64,000 nucleotides of DNA from an uncultured Bacteroidota bacterium (GTDB lineage Bacteria; Bacteroidota; Rhodothermia; Rhodothermales; UBA10348). Positions within the stretch are counted from its first letter, which is position 1. Each line of letters opens with the position of its first letter. The stretch lies in contig CALFHN010000145.1 in assembly GCA_937876355.1 (NCBI GenBank), forward strand, positions 55,195-119,194, written 5' to 3'. This document shows, one piece after another, positions 1 to 9,376 of this stretch. The notes beneath the pieces were generated by a model. That model had not been told where the DNA came from, did not search any database, and saw only the letters and a list, made by a program, of their open reading frames with translations. The translations under genes and the position numbers were made by a program.

Positions 1-441
1 TCTCTCTGCAATTGCTTTCAGGAAAGTACCATCCGATTGTGTGATCTGAAAAGAGAATCGTGAAATGAATTCCTGGCTGCGATTTTTCGAATCGTCCCAC
101 TCGAACGACGAAATACCTTGAAGGTGCTCAATAACGTTGCGTCGGCCCAGTTGAATGCTGTCTATGACACTCGAAAGAGACTCCATGGAAGCATCAGGCG
201 CAGTAGCGCCTCCTAATTCAGATACATGGACGCTCCATTCTTTCCTTGCCATTTCAACGTACATCTCGAGAAGAGAAGGTGCTGAATCCATCGGCTTCGC
301 CTCAATCTGGACCTGTGGGATGCGCATAAGCCATGGTCGCTCTGCCTCTAATTCATCGAGGAGATAGGATAGTTGATCCAGTATCTGATCTCTATTTGAA
401 CTAGCTGGTTGACTCGGTGATGGAGGGCCGGCAGAAGTCAT
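1..441 (-). CDS. hypothetical protein, possibly DinB-like helical fold (partial, runs off the window edge)
   Basis: Not in the ORF track. ATG at 441, 3 nt past the nuoI stop, opens MTSAGPPSPSQPASSNRDQILDQLSYLLDELEAERPWLMRIPQVQIEAKP..., with no stop before position 1. Confidence 0.6.
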   Translation of the reverse strand, partial: MTSAGPPSPSQPASSNRDQILDQLSYLLDELEAERPWLMRIPQVQIEAKPMDSAPSLLEMYVEMARKEWSVHVSELGGATAPDASMESLSSVIDSIQLGRRNVIEHLQGISSFEWDDSKNRSQEFISRFSFQITQSDGTFLKAIAER

Positions 442-444
442 GCT

Positions 445-1074
445 CTAGTGTTTTGCTTGGCTTTCCATATCCCGGGCTAGACCGGCTAAGAATGCACTGT
501 CTTTGAGCGAGTGTCGATTGTTAGAGCGCTGGTAATCCCAGGTTTCATTGCCAAACTGTGGATTCTGACGGGTGTGAAGGAAATCCAACCTGTCTGCTAG
601 TCGCTCTTTCGGCACAAGCAGCCTGTCCATTCCGAAAATGGCCTCGTCACGGTTCTGAAATGTCATATCGTATTCTTTTGACATGACAATAGCTTCTTCA
701 GGACACACTTCTTCGCAGAAACCACAGTAAATGCAGCGAAGCATATTAATTTCAAACCACTGTGGTTCACGCTCTTTTGGCCCCTCCATTTCCTGAGATT
801 GCATAGAAATGGCCATCGGTGGGCATGCTCTAGCGCAAAGATTGCACGAAACACATCTCGCCTTGCCATCTTCTTCAACCAAAACGGGCCGTCCGCGATA
901 GGAATCTGGTGGGTACCACTGCTCCTCTGGATACTGAAACGTATACATCGGCTCCTTGATCATCTTACGAAAAGAGTATCCAAGACCCTTAAACACTTCA
1001 GGAAGATACATTCTTTCCCAGAAGTTTAGAGTGCGCTCATTTTTTCGAGCCGTATTTACAGGAGTTCCAGCCAT
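445..1074 (-). CDS. nuoI: NADH-quinone oxidoreductase subunit I
   Basis: Two 4Fe-4S motifs ([24 protein letters not shown]); N-terminal ERMYLPE...TFQYPEE...YRG. Confidence 0.92.
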   Translation of the reverse strand: MAGTPVNTARKNERTLNFWERMYLPEVFKGLGYSFRKMIKEPMYTFQYPEEQWYPPDSYRGRPVLVEEDGKARCVSCNLCARACPPMAISMQSQEMEGPKEREPQWFEINMLRCIYCGFCEEVCPEEAIVMSKEYDMTFQNRDEAIFGMDRLLVPKERLADRLDFLHTRQNPQFGNETWDYQRSNNRHSLKDSAFLAGLARDMESQAKH

Positions 1075-1173
1075 GGATTTTCTAATCTTAAGTCGACTTT
1101 ACAGGAAACGAAATATAGGACATTTGAAGCGTCCTGAATTGCGGAGGAGTTAATTCAACAACAGTTCAAGAGG

Positions 1174-2475
1174 CTACTTTTGCTTAAATACCATTTTGAT
1201 CGGTACTCCTTCAAACGAATACCAAATTCTGAGTTGATTTTCCAAATATCGCTGGTATGATTCCGCTACCCCTTTTGCGTAGTTCGTAAAGAAATTAAAT
1301 ACCGGAGGCGCGGTGCGTACTTGGGTTACAAATTTGATCTTCACCCGTTGATTACGATACAACGGCGGGGCATGGCGCTCGACCACGGTGGCTAAGAATT
1401 CATTGAGTTCCGAAGTAGAAATCCGCTTGTGGCGCTCCTTTTCGACATGAAGAACTTTGTCTAGGAGCTTATGAACCCGTTGTTTGGTAAACGCCGAAAT
1501 GGTAACGATCGGCACATAGTCTAGAGTTCTGAGGCGGTCTTTGACCATTGCCTCGTATTCCAGGACGGAATTTGTGTTCTTTTCGATCAGATCCCACTTG
1601 TTGATGGCAACGACCAATCCCTTTTTCATTTGTTCGGCCTGAGCCAACACTTTGATGTCTTGGGATTCCAAAGGCTCCGTTGCATCCAACATCAGCACCG
1701 CAACATCGCACGTTTCAATGGCCCGTTCCGTGCGTAAATAGGCGTAGAATTCAACGTTTTCTTTGACTTTTGCCCTTTTTCTAAGTCCCGCCGTATCGAC
1801 GAGAACCACTTCTTGTCCGTGATATTTCATGACGGAATCGACCGAATCCCTGGTCGTACCGCTTATTTCCGTTACTATTGAACGTTCCGTGCCTAATAAT
1901 GCATTCGTTAAAGAGGATTTTCCAACATTTGGCCGGCCAATAATGGCGATCCTAGTCCGAGAATCCTCTACTTCAGGTTCACTTTCCGGCAATAACTTAT
2001 TAACCGCATCAAGAAGGTCGCCGGTGCCCATTCCGTTAATTGAGCTCAGCGCATATACATGGTCGAATCCTAGTTCGTAAAGCGAATGCGCGTCCCAGCG
2101 CCTCTCGTCGTTATCCGCCTTATTTCCTACTACCAACACCGGACGATCGGACTTTCTCAATACCGATGCCATTTCTTGATCCAGATCAGTAACCCCTGTT
2201 GTCACGTCATTGACGAATAAAATCAGGTCTGCTTCTTGGATGGCCAAGTGAACTTGTTCTCGGATGGCGGCCTCAAAACGATCGGCCGAGTTGGGAACGA
2301 ACCCACCCGTATCCACAATGGAAAAAACGCGCCCTCCCCACTCAACATGGCCGTATATACGGTCCCTGGTTACCCCAGGCTCGTTGTGTACGATGGAATG
2401 GCGTTCTTCAGTTAGACGATTGAAAAAGGTGGATTTGCCCACATTAGGGCGACCCACAATAGCGACAAGTGGCAT
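1174..2475 (-). CDS. der: ribosome biogenesis GTPase Der (EngA)
   Basis: Two GRPNVGKS P-loops, DTGG/DTAG and NKAD/NKWD motifs, KH-like C-terminus. Confidence 0.97.
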   Translation of the reverse strand: MPLVAIVGRPNVGKSTFFNRLTEERHSIVHNEPGVTRDRIYGHVEWGGRVFSIVDTGGFVPNSADRFEAAIREQVHLAIQEADLILFVNDVTTGVTDLDQEMASVLRKSDRPVLVVGNKADNDERRWDAHSLYELGFDHVYALSSINGMGTGDLLDAVNKLLPESEPEVEDSRTRIAIIGRPNVGKSSLTNALLGTERSIVTEISGTTRDSVDSVMKYHGQEVVLVDTAGLRKRAKVKENVEFYAYLRTERAIETCDVAVLMLDATEPLESQDIKVLAQAEQMKKGLVVAINKWDLIEKNTNSVLEYEAMVKDRLRTLDYVPIVTISAFTKQRVHKLLDKVLHVEKERHKRISTSELNEFLATVVERHAPPLYRNQRVKIKFVTQVRTAPPVFNFFTNYAKGVAESYQRYLENQLRIWYSFEGVPIKMVFKQK

Positions 2476-2516
2476 TCGAATGCTTGCGATGATTCAGCCC
2501 GGAGGCCGTGATTGAG

Positions 2517-3332
2517 CTAGAGGCGCTCTTTACGCTCAATATACAGCGCGCGGAACAGCATAAATGCGGTTTCAGCAGTTTCTGTTGTGAACCAATAGTT
2601 GATTCCGGCACCAATTGCTGCTCCAGCGATAGGAATCATCTGGGCGATCTTCCTTCCACCGATATTTTTTGCAATTTCGCGAGGTAAATGACGATTCTGA
2701 TCTCTAAATGTCCCGCTTACGCGGCCTTTATAATCCGAAGAGTGCGCTAAAGCCGCTGCTGCCACCGTAATTTCACGCAAAGATGCGTTTTTAGACTCTC
2801 TTGATCCTGACGCCGCGACGTTAAATATGGATAAAACCAATGGGCCATGTGCTGGGCCACTTACGTCGAAACCGTACGCCGCTCCAATTTGTTGAATCAA
2901 ACGTAGGTTAATTCCAAATAAAAGTGGAATATCCGCTGCAATCAAAACGGCTCCACCGAGTCCTGTTCCTCCGCCCTCGACCGCGGCCATTATGGCATTT
3001 TCGGAAAAATAACTTTTGGAAAGCCCATCTAAAGTAGCTAGGTCGGCGCTTTGCAAGTCCGCAATGGTCTTTACATCAACGCCCCTTGCCTTGGCCGATT
3101 TAAGCACTTCAATGGGATCGTACGTCCACGTGGAGCCTTCATTTAATAGGGACAAGAATTTTGAGATCGATCTATCTACTTGATCGATAACCTCGTCCGG
3201 TACAACTCGCTCAATTACCCAATCCATCGGAGCCATGGCCCAGTTCATGGCCTGCGCCACTAACGAGGCATCGCCGTGCTGCCACTTTTCAATATCTCGT
3301 TGAACAGATCGTTCGTATTCAGTCAGTCGCAT
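2517..3332 (-). CDS. EcsC family protein
   Basis: EGGGTGLGG...ADIPLL...IGAAYGFD and IPIAGAAIGAGIN motifs. Confidence 0.8.
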   Translation of the reverse strand: MRLTEYERSVQRDIEKWQHGDASLVAQAMNWAMAPMDWVIERVVPDEVIDQVDRSISKFLSLLNEGSTWTYDPIEVLKSAKARGVDVKTIADLQSADLATLDGLSKSYFSENAIMAAVEGGGTGLGGAVLIAADIPLLFGINLRLIQQIGAAYGFDVSGPAHGPLVLSIFNVAASGSRESKNASLREITVAAAALAHSSDYKGRVSGTFRDQNRHLPREIAKNIGGRKIAQMIPIAGAAIGAGINYWFTTETAETAFMLFRALYIERKERL

Positions 3333-3397
3333 TGAGCGCTCCCTCTTTGAGTGTCAAGAAACGTGGGAGTTTACTTCGCTGAAAATGAGCTCAGGGG

Positions 3398-4888
3398 TTA
3401 ATCCATAATATCGAACTTTCGCAGTAATCGATACATGGTGGCTCTTCCGATCCCAAGCTCAACAGCCGCACGATCCACGTTGTGATCGCAAAGCCGATAT
3501 GCACGCTCCACAGCGCGCTGCTTAAGTTCTTCAAGCGATACGATGCCCCCATCGCCGTCTTCCAGAGAAATGTCTTCTTCGTCAAAGTCGTTTCCGGAAT
3601 AGGGTGTACTTACTGAATGGGATTCAGGTTGCGTCTTTTCGACTCGAGGTGCAGAGAAACTGGTTTCTGCCGCTTGCGCGAGTGTCATTCGTTCCGACCA
3701 AGGCGATATCGTGCCAAGATCAGATATCATTAAATCTGTTGCGCTTACTTCGGCTTCGTCGCTCAATAGGATTGCCCGTTCGATGGCGCTTTTCAGTTCG
3801 CGAATGTTTCCTGGCCAAGAATGGGCTGCAATAGCTCTTCTTGCTTCCGTTGAAAGTTTTTTACCTTTGAATTCGGGGTGCGATTTGGTGAATTCGCGGA
3901 AAAAATAATTGGAAAGCAGCAGCAAGTCTTGTCCTCGTTCCCGCAGTGGAGGTAACGGAACGGGAAACTGAAACAGCCGATAATACAGATCTTCTCTAAA
4001 TTTGTGTTCGCGAATCATCTGAACCACATCTTTATTTGTGGCGCTGATTACGCGTGCGCTAAAATCAATAGTGTCGCTTCCGCCGACCCGTGTAATTTCT
4101 CCCTCTTGTAGCGCTCGTAACAATTTGGCTTGGAGGTCGAGGTCCAATTCGCCAATTTCATCTAAAAAAATGGTGCCCCCATCGGCCTGTTCAAATTTGC
4201 CGATCTTTCGGGCATAGGCGCCCGTAAAGGACCCCTTTTCATGTCCAAAGAACTCGCTTTCCATCAAATCTCGTGGAATTGCTGCACAGTTCACAACCAC
4301 AAATGGGCCGCGCTTACGTCCTGAGGCGTAATGAATGGCTTTGGCTACTAATTCCTTACCCGTTCCACTTTCACCCTGAATTGCCACCATCAGGTCTCCC
4401 CGAGTGGCCTTTTCGATCATTCGATAGACATTGGTAATCGAAGGTGATTCGCCAATCATCCCACCAACTTGATATTTTTCACTCACTTCGGATCGAAGAC
4501 TGTCGACTTCTCTTTCCAAAGACACCTTCTCTAAGACATTCCGAACGATTGAATCGAGCTTAACCAAATCATCCTGACCCTTAGTGATATAGTCATAAGC
4601 GCCAATTTTCATTGCTTCCACGGCGGTGTCAATTACACCCTGTGCCGAAACCATGATAACGGGAATTTCTGGATGACGAGTCACCATTCGACGAAGCACT
4701 TCAACCCCATCAATGCCTGGCATCATGATGTCTAGAAGCATCAAATCTGGTTTTTCATCCAAACTTTTGAGCACTTCGTCTCCGCTGTGAAATACCTTTA
4801 CATGGTAGTTCGCATTTTTATCCAGTCGGTAGCTGAGCATTCGAGCATAATGCCTGTCATCGTCAACTACGAAAATGCGATATTTCAT
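3398..4888 (-). CDS. sigma-54-dependent NtrC-family response regulator (REC-AAA+-HTH)
   Basis: VVDDD / LLDIMMP receiver, GESGTGKE Walker A, GSFTGA, FLDEIGE, WPGNIREL, C-terminal Fis HTH (LGIGRATMYR). Start placed at MKYRIF (4888). Confidence 0.93.
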   Translation of the reverse strand: MKYRIFVVDDDRHYARMLSYRLDKNANYHVKVFHSGDEVLKSLDEKPDLMLLDIMMPGIDGVEVLRRMVTRHPEIPVIMVSAQGVIDTAVEAMKIGAYDYITKGQDDLVKLDSIVRNVLEKVSLEREVDSLRSEVSEKYQVGGMIGESPSITNVYRMIEKATRGDLMVAIQGESGTGKELVAKAIHYASGRKRGPFVVVNCAAIPRDLMESEFFGHEKGSFTGAYARKIGKFEQADGGTIFLDEIGELDLDLQAKLLRALQEGEITRVGGSDTIDFSARVISATNKDVVQMIREHKFREDLYYRLFQFPVPLPPLRERGQDLLLLSNYFFREFTKSHPEFKGKKLSTEARRAIAAHSWPGNIRELKSAIERAILLSDEAEVSATDLMISDLGTISPWSERMTLAQAAETSFSAPRVEKTQPESHSVSTPYSGNDFDEEDISLEDGDGGIVSLEELKQRAVERAYRLCDHNVDRAAVELGIGRATMYRLLRKFDIMD

Positions 4889-5064
4889 TAAACTAGTCCT
4901 TGAAAGTTCGGTTGGATGGTTTTGACATCCGAATGCATAGTTCACCCTCTGTGAATGGCATCCACAACCGTTATCGGGCGCTGAAACGGAACCTTAAGGG
5001 AAAATTATCAAAATGAGACAGAGAGTTTAAAGAGGTTGGTAGCTTGCAACCTTGGATCTTGGTC

Positions 5065-5877
5065 CTAAAGTAAAGCCAGACCCAATCCACCGACTAAAAA
5101 ACAGTAGAAAGCGAAGTATTGAAGGCGACCGCGGCGGACAAAGTCCAGCACGAGACGAATTGCTGCAATCCCAGAGACAAAAGCAATCAATGTCCCTAAT
5201 AATAAGATAGCCCAGTCCGCAACGGCCGCTGCAGAAAATGCATCGGCAATTTTAAAAACTGTAGCGCCTATAACCACTGGGATTAACATCAGGAAAGAAA
5301 AATCGGCTGCTTTCTCCGGATCCACGCCTTGATAAAGCGCGGCACAAATCGTCGATCCAGATCTGGAAATCCCTGGAATCATGGCAAAAGCTTGGGCGCA
5401 TCCGATCACAAAACTTTTGGGCGCGGTCACTGCTCCCGTGGGCGCTTTAACCAGTCTAGTCAAAATGAGTAGGACACCCGTCACCAAAAGCATTCCTGCG
5501 GCCAAACGCGGAGAAGAAAAAGCGGCCTCAATTGCACCGCCCCAAATGGCATAAACGGTAAAGGTTGGAATCATCGTAATCAGAATGTGAATGCCCATTC
5601 GAAAGTGTTCTTCTGATTTATACGCCTTTTCCCAGTCCGTGGGATGAATGGCACTTTGGACAAAACCTTGAACTAGATTCAGAATCCGTGAGCGGTACAC
5701 CCACAAAATGCTCATAATGGTTCCGAAATGAACCATCACCTCAAACAAAACATCAGAATCAGCGGCATCAAGACCCAAGAAATGTTGGGCCAGAACAAGG
5801 TGCCCGGACGAGGATACCGGGAGAAACTCGGTAATTCCCTGTATTAAGCCCAGTAGAATGGATTCCCACCAAGTCAT
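5065..5877 (-). CDS. uppP: undecaprenyl-diphosphate phosphatase
   Basis: QGITEFLPVSSSGH and PGISRSGST motifs; polytopic membrane protein. Start placed at MTWWES. Confidence 0.95.
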   Translation of the reverse strand: MTWWESILLGLIQGITEFLPVSSSGHLVLAQHFLGLDAADSDVLFEVMVHFGTIMSILWVYRSRILNLVQGFVQSAIHPTDWEKAYKSEEHFRMGIHILITMIPTFTVYAIWGGAIEAAFSSPRLAAGMLLVTGVLLILTRLVKAPTGAVTAPKSFVIGCAQAFAMIPGISRSGSTICAALYQGVDPEKAADFSFLMLIPVVIGATVFKIADAFSAAAVADWAILLLGTLIAFVSGIAAIRLVLDFVRRGRLQYFAFYCFLVGGLGLALL

Positions 5878-5908
5878 AAGATCATGTTTTGCGTGTTTGA
5901 AAGAAGGA

Positions 5909-5916
5909 CAAAGGTA
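5909..5916 (-). promoter_or_regulatory. Bacteroidota-type -7 promoter element (TAnnTTTG) for uppP
   Basis: TACCTTTG on the minus strand, about 30 nt upstream of the uppP ATG. Confidence 0.5.
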
Positions 5917-6032
5917 CAAAGCCAGCCGTTATCTGCTACGTCAATCAAGCCCAATTTGTCGTAAATCTTACGGAAGAATGACCTTTTCATTCAATTCTAT
6001 TTAACTGTTTCCTCAGATAAACCGATATTAGT

Positions 6033-6054
6033 TTTCGGACTTATTACTCTTCTT
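6033..6054. promoter_or_regulatory. putative operator shared with the second nirK upstream region
   Basis: TTTCGGACTTATTACTCTTCTT; 18/22 identical to 9259-9280. Confidence 0.5.
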
Positions 6055-6112
6055 TCTTTTACGCGACGGAGTGAATGTCCTTACAAAAATTATGTACCTA
6101 ACCTAGACGGTC

Positions 6113-7120
6113 ATGCGAAATATCGCCCTTGCCACTCTTTTTTCGCTGAGTCTTGTACGTTGTGACACGATAATTGGAGGCGATCACCCAGCGTCTTTTA
6201 AGGGAGACGAAACGGCAGTCCTAACCCACGCGCCTGCTGTTCCAGATTCTATTCGCCGAGACTACGGCACTACAGTGCATGTAAAATTGGATGCCATCGA
6301 GAAATTTGGATTACTCGATACCGGAGTTCAATATCGCTTTTGGACCTTTGGTGGAGAGGTACCGGGTCAATTCATTCGAGTACGTGAAGGCGATCAAATT
6401 GAATTTGAGCTGCATAACCATGCTGACAATTTCTTCATCCACAATATTGACCTTCATGCAGTCACTGGACCTCATGGAGGTGGAAAGGCCTCAGTCACAC
6501 CCATAGGCGAAACTAGTTCGTTCACTTTTACAGCCCTTCATCCGGGTCTATACGTTTATCACTGTGCAACCGCGCCAGTAGGAATGCATATTGCCAACGG
6601 CATGTACGGGTTGATCTTGGTTGAACCTAAAGGTGGGCTTCCAAAAGTTGACAGAGAGTATTACGTGATGCAGGGTGAATTCTACACGACTGGACCATAT
6701 GGCCAGCAAGGATTTCAGCCGTTTAGCATGACAAAAGCACTCTCCGAAGATCCAGAATATGTCGTTTTTAACGGGTCTGTTGGTTCTATGACTGGTGAAA
6801 AAGCACTAAAGGCAAAAGTTGGTGAGACGATCCGATTGTTTGTAGGAAATGCCGGCCCAAATTTGATTTCATCGTTTCACATTATTGGAGAAATGTTTGA
6901 CGTGGTCTACGGCGAAGGGGGGCCATTCCCTACTCATGAAACGATACAAACAACCCTGATACCAGCGGGTGGGGCTGTGATCGTGGAGTTAAAAGTGGAA
7001 GTACCCGGCACGTATATGTTGGTAGACCACTCTATTTTTCGAGCAATGAATAAAGGCGCTCTTGGCATGCTGGAAGTGACAGGAGAACCCTCCATTGACA
7101 TTTTTTCGGGTAAAAACTGA
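6113..7120 (+). CDS. nirK: copper-containing nitrite reductase (AniA/NirK-type lipoprotein, no cytochrome c domain)
   Basis: [33 protein letters not shown] and VDHS copper-ligand/catalytic motifs; signal peptide ending in Cys. Confidence 0.93.
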   Translation: MRNIALATLFSLSLVRCDTIIGGDHPASFKGDETAVLTHAPAVPDSIRRDYGTTVHVKLDAIEKFGLLDTGVQYRFWTFGGEVPGQFIRVREGDQIEFELHNHADNFFIHNIDLHAVTGPHGGGKASVTPIGETSSFTFTALHPGLYVYHCATAPVGMHIANGMYGLILVEPKGGLPKVDREYYVMQGEFYTTGPYGQQGFQPFSMTKALSEDPEYVVFNGSVGSMTGEKALKAKVGETIRLFVGNAGPNLISSFHIIGEMFDVVYGEGGPFPTHETIQTTLIPAGGAVIVELKVEVPGTYMLVDHSIFRAMNKGALGMLEVTGEPSIDIFSGKN

Positions 7121-7132
7121 CCTGAAAGAGTC

Positions 7133-8722
7133 TTATTCCGGAAGTTTGGGGGCAACCAAGACTACTTTTTCGCGCTCAACTAAGACTGCGCCAGGAAGGG
7201 CTTTTCGCGGTTTTCGGACGTATTTGCGCTCGACAACAATAACAGGGACAAGTGCACTAGGGCGAGCCTTGCTGTGCCACGCTGCGATGGCAGCTGCTTG
7301 TTCTATGATCTTCTTGGAAGGTTTATCCTCTCGGCCTCGAAGCCTAAGAATGGTATGAGAGCCCGCCACACCACGGGCATGGAGCCACAAATCATACTTC
7401 CGTGAGTCTCGCAGGGTCAATTGGTCGTTTTGTTTTGCATTTCTTCCGACCCACACCTCGTACCCGTCATCCAAGACATAACGTCGATAAGGGACGATAT
7501 CTGGATCATCGGGACTTGCTCGAAGTGCTCTCAACCAGGTTTCATGTTTTGTTTGGAACTTCGTTACGTTTTCTACGGTGTCTAAATGTAACGCCTCATC
7601 TAACAGTTTTTCGAGGTCGGCAGCCGTTTTTTGCAAAGACTGTAGTCGCTCCAACGACACTTCCCGAGCCGCGCGTGCTGCTTTGGCTTTTTCATAGTAG
7701 CGGCCAGCGTTCTCAATTGCGGAACGATTGGGGTCCATTACGATCAACACGTCCGGGCCTTCAGAAATTATATCTGGTACGGTAACGTGAAGGCTGCCGG
7801 GGGTATACAGTCTAGGCTGCGCCATGAGTAAGTGGCCCATTTTTTCATGCAGGTCAGCTCGACTGGGCTTGTCCAATTCCAAAACTACCTTGCCAAGGCT
7901 CTTCCGAGCTCCCACCGCTCTAACCTTGATAGATTTAAGCAAGGGATCATACAACCCTGAGAATCGCGTGACGGCCATTTTCCGCCGTGCACAGACACAA
8001 ACAGCCTGGTCGACCGATTCAAATTCTTCCGGTTCAAGACCTAGAGAACTCAGAAATATGGTTGAAAAAAATGGAATGCGCCCCTCACCCCAATAAACCA
8101 ATGATTTGGGACTATCAAGCTCATCCAACATTTGTAGAATCGAAGCGGACAGAATCTGAGGATCCTCTATTGGGCCTGTCCTGCTCCACAACTCTTCAAT
8201 TAGTGCCTTAGGGAAAAGTGGGACCAATGTTTTTAAATGTTTTCCCTTGGACAGATGCGCCTCGATTTCCTCAGGTGTTGGTGGTGGGGGCGCGATTCTC
8301 AATTCCGGTATCGCAGCATTCGAACCTCGAAATGACGAAAGAGTCTTATTTGGGCCATGCCTAAAAAAAACATTGGCACGAGGTCCGTAAATGGCAAAAT
8401 GGACTGAATCTCCTGAGGTTAGCCTGAGAATGACCATTCGGTCCCTCTGCGCCAATTCTATTCCCGCCACTTGCTGATTCCGAAGTGGCGCAAAAACGTC
8501 TACAACGTTTTTGCGCCATCGATTGGATCCCGAATACATGAACAAGTGTCTGAGCGGTGCCTGTACAGAAGCATTGAGTGACCACTGGGCCCCCTCTGAG
8601 GTTTCGAATACCAGAATCAAGCTTCCTTTGTGTTGGGAATACCCTTCTACGACAACAGCGCCAGCGAGACGGGGGCCCCACTCTTCGATAAGAGCGCGAA
8701 GTGTGTAATAATTGGTGAGCAC
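7133..8722 (-). CDS. rqcH: NFACT/Rqc2 (RqcH) ribosome quality-control protein
   Basis: ENAGRYYEKAK, VGRNAKQNDQLT, WLHARGVAGSH and AAAIAAWHSKAR motifs; GTG start. Confidence 0.88.
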   Translation of the reverse strand: MLTNYYTLRALIEEWGPRLAGAVVVEGYSQHKGSLILVFETSEGAQWSLNASVQAPLRHLFMYSGSNRWRKNVVDVFAPLRNQQVAGIELAQRDRMVILRLTSGDSVHFAIYGPRANVFFRHGPNKTLSSFRGSNAAIPELRIAPPPPTPEEIEAHLSKGKHLKTLVPLFPKALIEELWSRTGPIEDPQILSASILQMLDELDSPKSLVYWGEGRIPFFSTIFLSSLGLEPEEFESVDQAVCVCARRKMAVTRFSGLYDPLLKSIKVRAVGARKSLGKVVLELDKPSRADLHEKMGHLLMAQPRLYTPGSLHVTVPDIISEGPDVLIVMDPNRSAIENAGRYYEKAKAARAAREVSLERLQSLQKTAADLEKLLDEALHLDTVENVTKFQTKHETWLRALRASPDDPDIVPYRRYVLDDGYEVWVGRNAKQNDQLTLRDSRKYDLWLHARGVAGSHTILRLRGREDKPSKKIIEQAAAIAAWHSKARPSALVPVIVVERKYVRKPRKALPGAVLVEREKVVLVAPKLPE

Positions 8723-8743
8723 GACGCGCCTATTCGAAAATGA

Positions 8744-9073
8744 TTACTTCTTTTTTTGAGGGCGGCTTTGAGATTCTGCGATCGTGGAAAGAATCCAGAT
8801 TGCGGCCCAACCAATAGCAGCGTAGACAAAGGAAGAGTACAGCAATAGAGCCACATTAACGCCGTATAAGACATGATAAAACCAACTAGGTACACTATCC
8901 GCTTTTCTTTGAACGTTTGACGCAGCACCTGAAAGTGCGAACACCTTCAATAGAAGCATAAGCGGTGTATATATGGCGATAATCCACCACCCCCAAATCG
9001 CGGTTGTAAAAGCGTACGCTAAAATAACGGCCGTTACTGCGATATCAATAAATGCATTCTTTATCCAAGACAT
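8744..9073 (-). CDS. small membrane protein (about 4 TM), hypothetical
   Basis: 109-aa hydrophobic ORF with a basic tail, co-oriented with and 21 nt upstream of rqcH. Confidence 0.75.
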   Translation of the reverse strand: MSWIKNAFIDIAVTAVILAYAFTTAIWGWWIIAIYTPLMLLLKVFALSGAASNVQRKADSVPSWFYHVLYGVNVALLLYSSFVYAAIGWAAIWILSTIAESQSRPQKKK

Positions 9074-9258
9074 AGATATTTGCCAACTTTAATGTCATGA
9101 GGGAATCATCGTCCAACTTTCTTCCTGACGGTAATTTGCAGAAAACTATGCTAACATACCACCTTCTGATCTGTAATTGAATACATTCACCAGTGTAGGG
9201 TAATCCCTCGCTTGAATGGTAAGACAAAACCGACCTCCGAGTGAGGGATACCATTATA

Positions 9259-9280
9259 TTTCGGAGTAATTTGTCTTCTT
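9259..9280. promoter_or_regulatory. putative operator upstream of the nirK-cytochrome c operon
   Basis: TTTCGGAGTAATTTGTCTTCTT; 18/22 identical to 6033-6054. Confidence 0.5.
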
Positions 9281-9376
9281 ATTTTTATCCTATCTCGCCG
9301 ATTGCAGGGTTTAAATCACCACTGCAATTTCGCTGGGTAACAAAGAGTCCATTCAACCCCACTTTCAGAAGACATC

